A stretch of 64,000 bases of DNA. Source: an uncultured delta proteobacterium (lineage in GTDB: Bacteria; Myxococcota; Myxococcia; Myxococcales; Anaeromyxobacteraceae). The DNA lies in contig CAWFDF010000011.1 of NCBI GenBank assembly GCA_963814585.1, forward strand, positions 32,001 to 96,000. The letters are read 5' to 3'. A program made the translations under genes and the position numbers. Below are positions 58,901 to 64,000 of the stretch, piece after piece. How positions within the stretch are numbered: the stretch's first letter is position 1; each line of letters begins with the position of its first letter. The notes under the pieces are model-generated. The model was not told the origin of the DNA, ran no database searches, and saw only the letters and a program-made list of their open reading frames with translations.

Positions 58901-61107
58901 CTACATCATGGAGTAGGGATCCATGTCGAACCGGATGCTGGCGCCGCCCGGCGGCCGGTGGGCCACCTGGGCCAGGGCCCGGTGGATCCTCATGAGCGGG
59001 GGGTTGCTGGCGGCGCGGAAGAGCAGGTGCCAGCGGCTCTTCCCGCGGATCCGCTCGATGGCGGCCGGCGCCGGCCCAATCAGCGCGGTCCCCGGCCCCA
59101 GTGCCGGGCGGGCGGCCTCGGCCAGCGCCTCGGCCGTCCGGCGGGCGCCCTGCTCCGACCCCTCGACGCGGACCGCCATGAGCCGGGCGAAAGGCGGGTA
59201 GGCGAGCGCCCGGCGGTGCGCCAGCTCCTCCTCGGCGAAGCCGAGGTAGTCGTGCTGCACCGAGCGGGCCACGGCCGGGGTGGTGGGGTTGTAGGTCTGG
59301 ATCAGCACGCGGCCGGCGTCGGCGCCGCGCCCGGCCCGGCCGGCCACCTGCGCCAGCAGCTGGAAGGTCCGCTCGGCGGCGCGGAAGTCGGGCAGCGCCA
59401 GCGAGGTGTCGGCCAGGACCACGCCGACCAGCGTGACGCCCGGGGAAGTCGTGGCCCTTCGAGACCATCTGGGTCCCGACCAGGACGTCGAGCTCGCGCC
59501 GCGCGAAGCGGGCCAGCACCGCGGCGGTGTCGCCCGCGCCGGTCACGGCGTCGCGATCGAGCCGGCCGACCCGCGCCGCGGGCAGGAGCCGCCGGCACGC
59601 CTCCTCGACCTGCTCGGTGCCGAAGCCGAGCCCGAAGCGGGACCCGCCGCAGGGACAGCGCGCCGCCATCGGCTCGCTCCGGCCGCAGTAGTGGCACAGC
59701 AGCACGCCGCGACGGGCGTGATGGGTGAGCGAGACCGAGCAGTCGGGGCACCGGGCCTCCGCCCCGCAGGCCTCGCACAGCACCAACGTCTGGTAGCCGC
59801 GCCGGTTGAGGAAGAGGATGGCCTGCTGCCCGGCGGCCAGCGTCCCGGCCAGCGCCTCCTGAAGCTCGGCCGAGAGCAGCGCGGGCGGCTCGCCGCGGCG
59901 AGCCCGCGGGCGGCCGGCCAGGTCGATCAGCTCGACCGCCGGCATGGGGCGGTCGTCGACGCGGACCGGCAAGGAGAGGAGCCGGTAGCGGCCGCGCCGG
60001 GCGTTCTCCAGCGACTCCAGCGAGGGGGTGGCCGATGCCGAGCAGCACCACCGCGTCCTCGAGCCGGCCGCGCACCACCGCGAGATCGCGGGCGTGGTAG
60101 GGCGGCCCGTCCTCCTGCTTGAAGCTCGGCTCGTGCTCCTCGTCCACCACGATCACGGCCAGGTCCTCCACCGGCGCGAAGATGGCGCTGCGCACCCCCA
60201 CGCAGATGCGCGCCTCGCCGCGGCGCAGCCGCAGCCACTCGGCGTGGCGCTCGGCGTCGGAGAGGCCGGAGTGGAGCAGCGCCACCTGGTCGCCGAAGCG
60301 GGCGCGGAAGCGGCCGGAGAGCTGGGGCGTGAGCGCGATCTCGGGGACCAGCACCAGCGCCCCATGGCCGGCGGCCCGGGCCTCGGCGATGGCCCGCAGG
60401 TAGACCTCGGTCTTGCCCGAGCCGGTGACGCCGTGGAGCAGGAAGGTGGCGAAGGCGCCGAAGGCGCCGGTCACCTCGGCAAGCGCCGCGGCCTGGTCGC
60501 CGGTCAGCGTCACCACCCGGTCCTGGGCCGGCAGGATGCCGCGCTCCACCACCGGCGTCTCGGCGTCGATCACGGCGAGGCCGCGCTTCACCAGCTGGGT
60601 CAGCGCGCCCCGACCGGCCGGGAACGCGGCCCTCAGCTCCTCCACCGTGATCCGGCCGCGGGCCAGCAGGTACTCGAGCACGGCGCGCTGGGCCCGGGCC
60701 CGTCCCAGTGACGCCAGGGCGTCAGCGGCCCCGGGGACGGGAGCGGCGTACTCGACCCGCCGCCGGTCCGGGCCGGCGGCGCCGCCGCGGGTGTTCAGGC
60801 CCGGGGGCAGCGCGGCCCGGAGCAGCTCGCCAGGCGGGACCAGGTAGTAGGACTCGGCCCAGCGGAGCAGCTCCACCAGCCGCGGCGTGAACGGGGGGAA
60901 GGCGTCGAGCACCGCCGCGACGTCGCGCAGCTCGAACCCCGGCGGCGGCGCCGCCGGGAACCCGACCACGTAGCCGGTGGCTCGCGGGCTGCGGCCGAAC
61001 GGGACCGCCACCCGCTGGCCGAGCGACACCTCCCCGGCCAGCGCCGCCGGCACCCGGTAGGTGAAGGTGCCGCGCACGGCGGCGGCGACGGCGACCTCGA
61101 CGAGCAC
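58901..61107 (-). CDS. priA: Primosomal protein N' (replication restart helicase); two +1 frameshifts (about 60036 and 59440)
   Basis: GVTGSGKTEVY, DEEH, CxxC clusters, GTQM…KGHDFP, QVAGRAGR across three frames. Confidence 0.93.
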
Positions 61108-61172
61108 CGGCGGACTCTACCAGCCGCGTCTCACGGGGGGCGGGCCACGGCGGCCACGGGGCCGACCGGGGA

Positions 61173-61919
61173 TCAGAAGAGGGCGTCGGCCAGCCGCGGA
61201 TTGGCGGTGGTCTTCTCGGTGTTGAACCGGACCAGCAGCTCCGGCCCCTGCCAGACCTCGATGGAGCGAGGGATCCGGTCGGCGCCGACCGCCGAGGCCC
61301 AGTCGAGCAGGCGCAGGTCGTAGGTCACGCCGCGCTCGACCACCAGCAGCCGCAGCGGCATCCAGGTCTCCTTGTCGATGAGCGCGAGCGGAGGTCCCTT
61401 CGGGTCGACGAGCCTCCCTCCCAGCACCCAGGCCAGCCTCCCGTTGAACCGCCCCAGCGAGACCTCGTCGAGCCTGACGCCGCGCCTCACCAGGCCGTCG
61501 CCCAGCGCCTGGCCCTCGGCGGCCGGGGACCAGGCCAGCAGCGTGGCCAGCCCGCGGACCAGGGCCGCCACCGCCGGCTGCTGCTCCAGCCCGACCCGGC
61601 CGGCCAGCCGCTCGTCCCTCACCATGGCGGCGGGGCGCTCGCCGGCGGCCACGTCGGCCAGCACCAGCTCCAGCCGCGCCCGGCCCGGTGTCTTCAGGAG
61701 CAGCCGCGCCGTGGTGGTGGGCGGCACGCCTCCCGGCAGCGCCGCGCCGCGCAGCTCGAGCGCGCCGATCGCCTCCACGGCGTTCAGCTCCAGCGCCGCA
61801 CGGGCTTCCGCCGCCTTGCGCAGGATGGCGGTGGCGGGCAGCAGGTAGGCCGCCGCCGGGACCGCCGCGAGGAGCCCGGCCGCGACGGCGACGGCGACCG
61901 TGGCCCGGCGGTGGGTCAC
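61173..61919 (-). CDS. Secreted protein, possibly LolA-like fold
   Basis: Signal peptide; beta-rich; C-terminal NPRLADALF; GTG overlaps the galU stop. Confidence 0.5.
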   Translation of the reverse strand: MTHRRATVAVAVAAGLLAAVPAAAYLLPATAILRKAAEARAALELNAVEAIGALELRGAALPGGVPPTTTARLLLKTPGRARLELVLADVAAGERPAAMVRDERLAGRVGLEQQPAVAALVRGLATLLAWSPAAEGQALGDGLVRRGVRLDEVSLGRFNGRLAWVLGGRLVDPKGPPLALIDKETWMPLRLLVVERGVTYDLRLLDWASAVGADRIPRSIEVWQGPELLVRFNTEKTTANPRLADALF

Positions 61920-62779
61920 AGCAGGTCCCCGAGGTACTGGCGCAGCGGGCCGGCCAGCTCGGGCCGCTTCAGGGCGAAGGCGATGTTGGCCTTCAGGTAG
62001 CCGAGCCGATCGCCGGCGTCGTAGCGCTGCCCCTCGAACCGGTAGCCGAGGAGCCCCTCCTCCTTCGCCAGCATCGCCAGCGCGTCGGTCAGCTGGATCT
62101 CGCCGCCCACGCCCGGCTTCACCTGCTCGAGCAGCTCGAAGATGCGGGGCGGCAGCACGTAGCGGCCGATGACGGCGAGGTTGGAGGGCGGGTTCGCCTT
62201 GGGCTTCTCGACCAGCCGGTCGATCCGCGTGGTGCGGGCGTCGAGCGCGGTGCCGGCGGCGATGCCGTACATCGAGGTCTCCTCGGGGGGCACCTCCATG
62301 AGCGCGATGGTCCCGAGGCCGTGCCGCTCCCAGCAGTCGGCCAGTTGCCGCGTGGCCGGCACCGCGGCGTCGATGATGTCGTCGCCCAGCATGACCACGA
62401 ACGGCTCGTCGCCCACCAGCGCCTTGGCGCAGAGCACGGCGTGGCCGAGTCCGAGCGGTTCCTGCTGCCGCACCGTCACCACCCGCGCCATCTGGGCGAT
62501 GCGCCGCATCTCCTGGCGCAGCGCGGTCTTGCCGGTCCGCTCCAGGTTGGCCTCCAGCTCGGCGGCGATGTCGAAGTGATCGACGATCGAGTCCTTGCCG
62601 CGGGCGCAGATGAGGATCACGTCGCGGACGCCGGCCGCCACGGCCTCCTCGACGATGTACTGGATGGTGGGCGTGTCGACGATGGGGAGCAGCTCCTTGG
62701 GCACCGCCTTGGTGGCGGGGAGGAAGCGGGTCCCCAGGCCGGCGGCGGGGATGACCGCCTTGCGGATGGGCTTCGACAT
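61916..62779 (-). CDS. galU: UTP-glucose-1-phosphate uridylyltransferase
   Basis: KAVIPAAGLGTRFLPATKAVPKE, LGLGHA, VEKP, GEIQLTD. Confidence 0.96.
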   Translation of the reverse strand: MSKPIRKAVIPAAGLGTRFLPATKAVPKELLPIVDTPTIQYIVEEAVAAGVRDVILICARGKDSIVDHFDIAAELEANLERTGKTALRQEMRRIAQMARVVTVRQQEPLGLGHAVLCAKALVGDEPFVVMLGDDIIDAAVPATRQLADCWERHGLGTIALMEVPPEETSMYGIAAGTALDARTTRIDRLVEKPKANPPSNLAVIGRYVLPPRIFELLEQVKPGVGGEIQLTDALAMLAKEEGLLGYRFEGQRYDAGDRLGYLKANIAFALKRPELAGPLRQYLGDLL

Positions 62780-62831
62780 GGCGGCAGTCTAGCATCCTTG
62801 CGCCCGGCCCCTCCCGGGCTATCCTCGCCGC

Positions 62832-63710
62832 GTGCCCAGCCGCCTGCTCCGCTCCGCCCTTGCCGCCGCCACGCTGGCGCTGCTCGTCGCGGCGCCCCCC
62901 GCGCTCGCCGGCGAGCCGCCTCCGCCGGGCGGGCTCTTCGACCTGGTGGGGGCCCGGGCCCTGGGGAGCAGCGCCGCCACCGCCGGCATCAACGGCAGCG
63001 AGGCGATCTTCGTCAATCCCGGCGCCATCGGGGTCCGCACCGGCTACGTGGCCGAGACCCTCGGCGTGAACGAGCGGCGCGGCTCGCAGACCACCGCGCG
63101 CTACCTCGGCGTGGTGGTGGTGGACGCGGTGAGCGCGCCGGTGGCCACAGCCTTCGCCTTCCTCTCCTCGATGGAAGGCGACGCCAAGGGCAAGATCTAC
63201 TGCCTCGCGTTCAGCGGACCGCTCACCCAGAACTTCCACGTCGGCGTCCAGGGGCGCTACCTGAAGCTCGGGGGTCCCGAGCCCATCGACGCCATCACCG
63301 CCGACGCCGGCATCAGCTGGGACGTGTCGAGCTACGTCACCCTGGGCGTGGCGGGCTTCAACCTGATCCCCACCAACCACGACCTGACGCTCCCCCAGGG
63401 CATGGGGGCGGGGCTGGCGATCGGCTCCGATACCTTCATCCGGGTGCTGGGAGACTGGCGCGGCACCTTCCTGCCCGGCGGCGAGACCGCCAACCGCTAC
63501 GCCGCCGGCGTGGTGGGGCTGGTGGGGGGGATGGTGGCGCTGCGCGCCGGCTGGACCAGCGACGAGCTGCTGGGCACCTCGTGGTGGTCGGGCGGAGTCG
63601 GGGTCATCTCCCCCGACGGCTTCGCGCTCGACTTCGGCTACAAGCAGTCGATCGACGCCTCCTCGGCGCGCGAGATGGCGCTGTCGTTCCGGTACTTCCC
63701 GCCGCAGTAG
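62832..63710 (+). CDS. Putative outer-membrane beta-barrel (FadL/PorV-like N-terminus)
   Basis: Signal peptide, GARALG and AIFVNPG motifs, amphipathic strands ending SFRYF. Confidence 0.55.
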   Translation: MPSRLLRSALAAATLALLVAAPPALAGEPPPPGGLFDLVGARALGSSAATAGINGSEAIFVNPGAIGVRTGYVAETLGVNERRGSQTTARYLGVVVVDAVSAPVATAFAFLSSMEGDAKGKIYCLAFSGPLTQNFHVGVQGRYLKLGGPEPIDAITADAGISWDVSSYVTLGVAGFNLIPTNHDLTLPQGMGAGLAIGSDTFIRVLGDWRGTFLPGGETANRYAAGVVGLVGGMVALRAGWTSDELLGTSWWSGGVGVISPDGFALDFGYKQSIDASSAREMALSFRYFPPQ

Positions 63711-63729
63711 GCCGGAGGCCGCGGCCGGG

Positions 63730-64000
63730 TCAGTCCTCGGCGGCGCCCGGCGCGCCGTGGAGGCGCACCACCACCAGGGCCAGCCTCGCGTTGGCGGCGG
63801 CGTCGCCCTGGAACTCGACGCCGACGCGCCGGTCCTGGCGCAGCGCGTGCTGGACCACGCACCAGGCGGCCGGGCGCCCCGGGAGGTCGGGGAAGCGCAG
63901 CTGGGCCCGCGCGCCGGGCTCGAGCGGCTCGTCCAGCTCGAGCAGGGCGCCGCCCTCCGAGACGTCGCAGACCCGGACGTGGAGGGTGCCGAGGTCGACG
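63730..64000 (-). CDS. PilZ domain protein, 3' part (runs off the window)
   Basis: Minus-strand translation …VRVCDVSEGGALLE…VGVEF… with the DxSxxG motif; stop TGA at 63730-63732. Confidence 0.7.
   Translation of the reverse strand, partial: VDLGTLHVRVCDVSEGGALLELDEPLEPGARAQLRFPDLPGRPAAWCVVQHALRQDRRVGVEFQGDAAANARLALVVVRLHGAPGAAED

Noticed and set aside
56442..59972. 1176-aa ORF suggesting a PriA-receiver fusion
   Set aside because: The middle frame of frameshifted priA runs into the next gene by chance; priA ends at 58901.

Overview
Very GC-rich bacterial DNA whose gene content and style resemble Myxococcota, probably Anaeromyxobacter-like (inference). The housekeeping blocks are ligA-acyP-radical SAM-rne/rng-HU, hisDBHAFIE, rpsU-yqeY-dnaG-rpoD-tRNA(CAT)-zinc ribbon-rnhA, and galU-LolA-like-priA-receiver/J-like-def. 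Two accessory systems stand out. (1) A compact 11-gene, minus-strand type III export cluster (10976-19008): needle-like, inner-rod-like, SctJ, ORF, SctQ, FliO-like, SctR/S/T/U/V. It has no ATPase, secretin or translocon, and it is preceded by a sigma54 -24/-12 box and a tandem 34-bp repeat. (2) A 19-kb starch/alpha-glucan utilisation locus (23849-42601) with a MalEFGK ABC transporter, GH13 amylase and pullulanase lipoproteins and a ROK repressor. Instead of SusC/D or LamB it carries an unassigned outer-membrane beta-barrel, two CBM20/choice-of-anchor-X-like lipoproteins and two DOMON-like proteins. Also seen: a REPIN/MITE-like element family whose NTAG end often supplies stop codons, a probable CTG start codon for dnaG, and nine frameshifts that are all +1, most likely sequencing errors.
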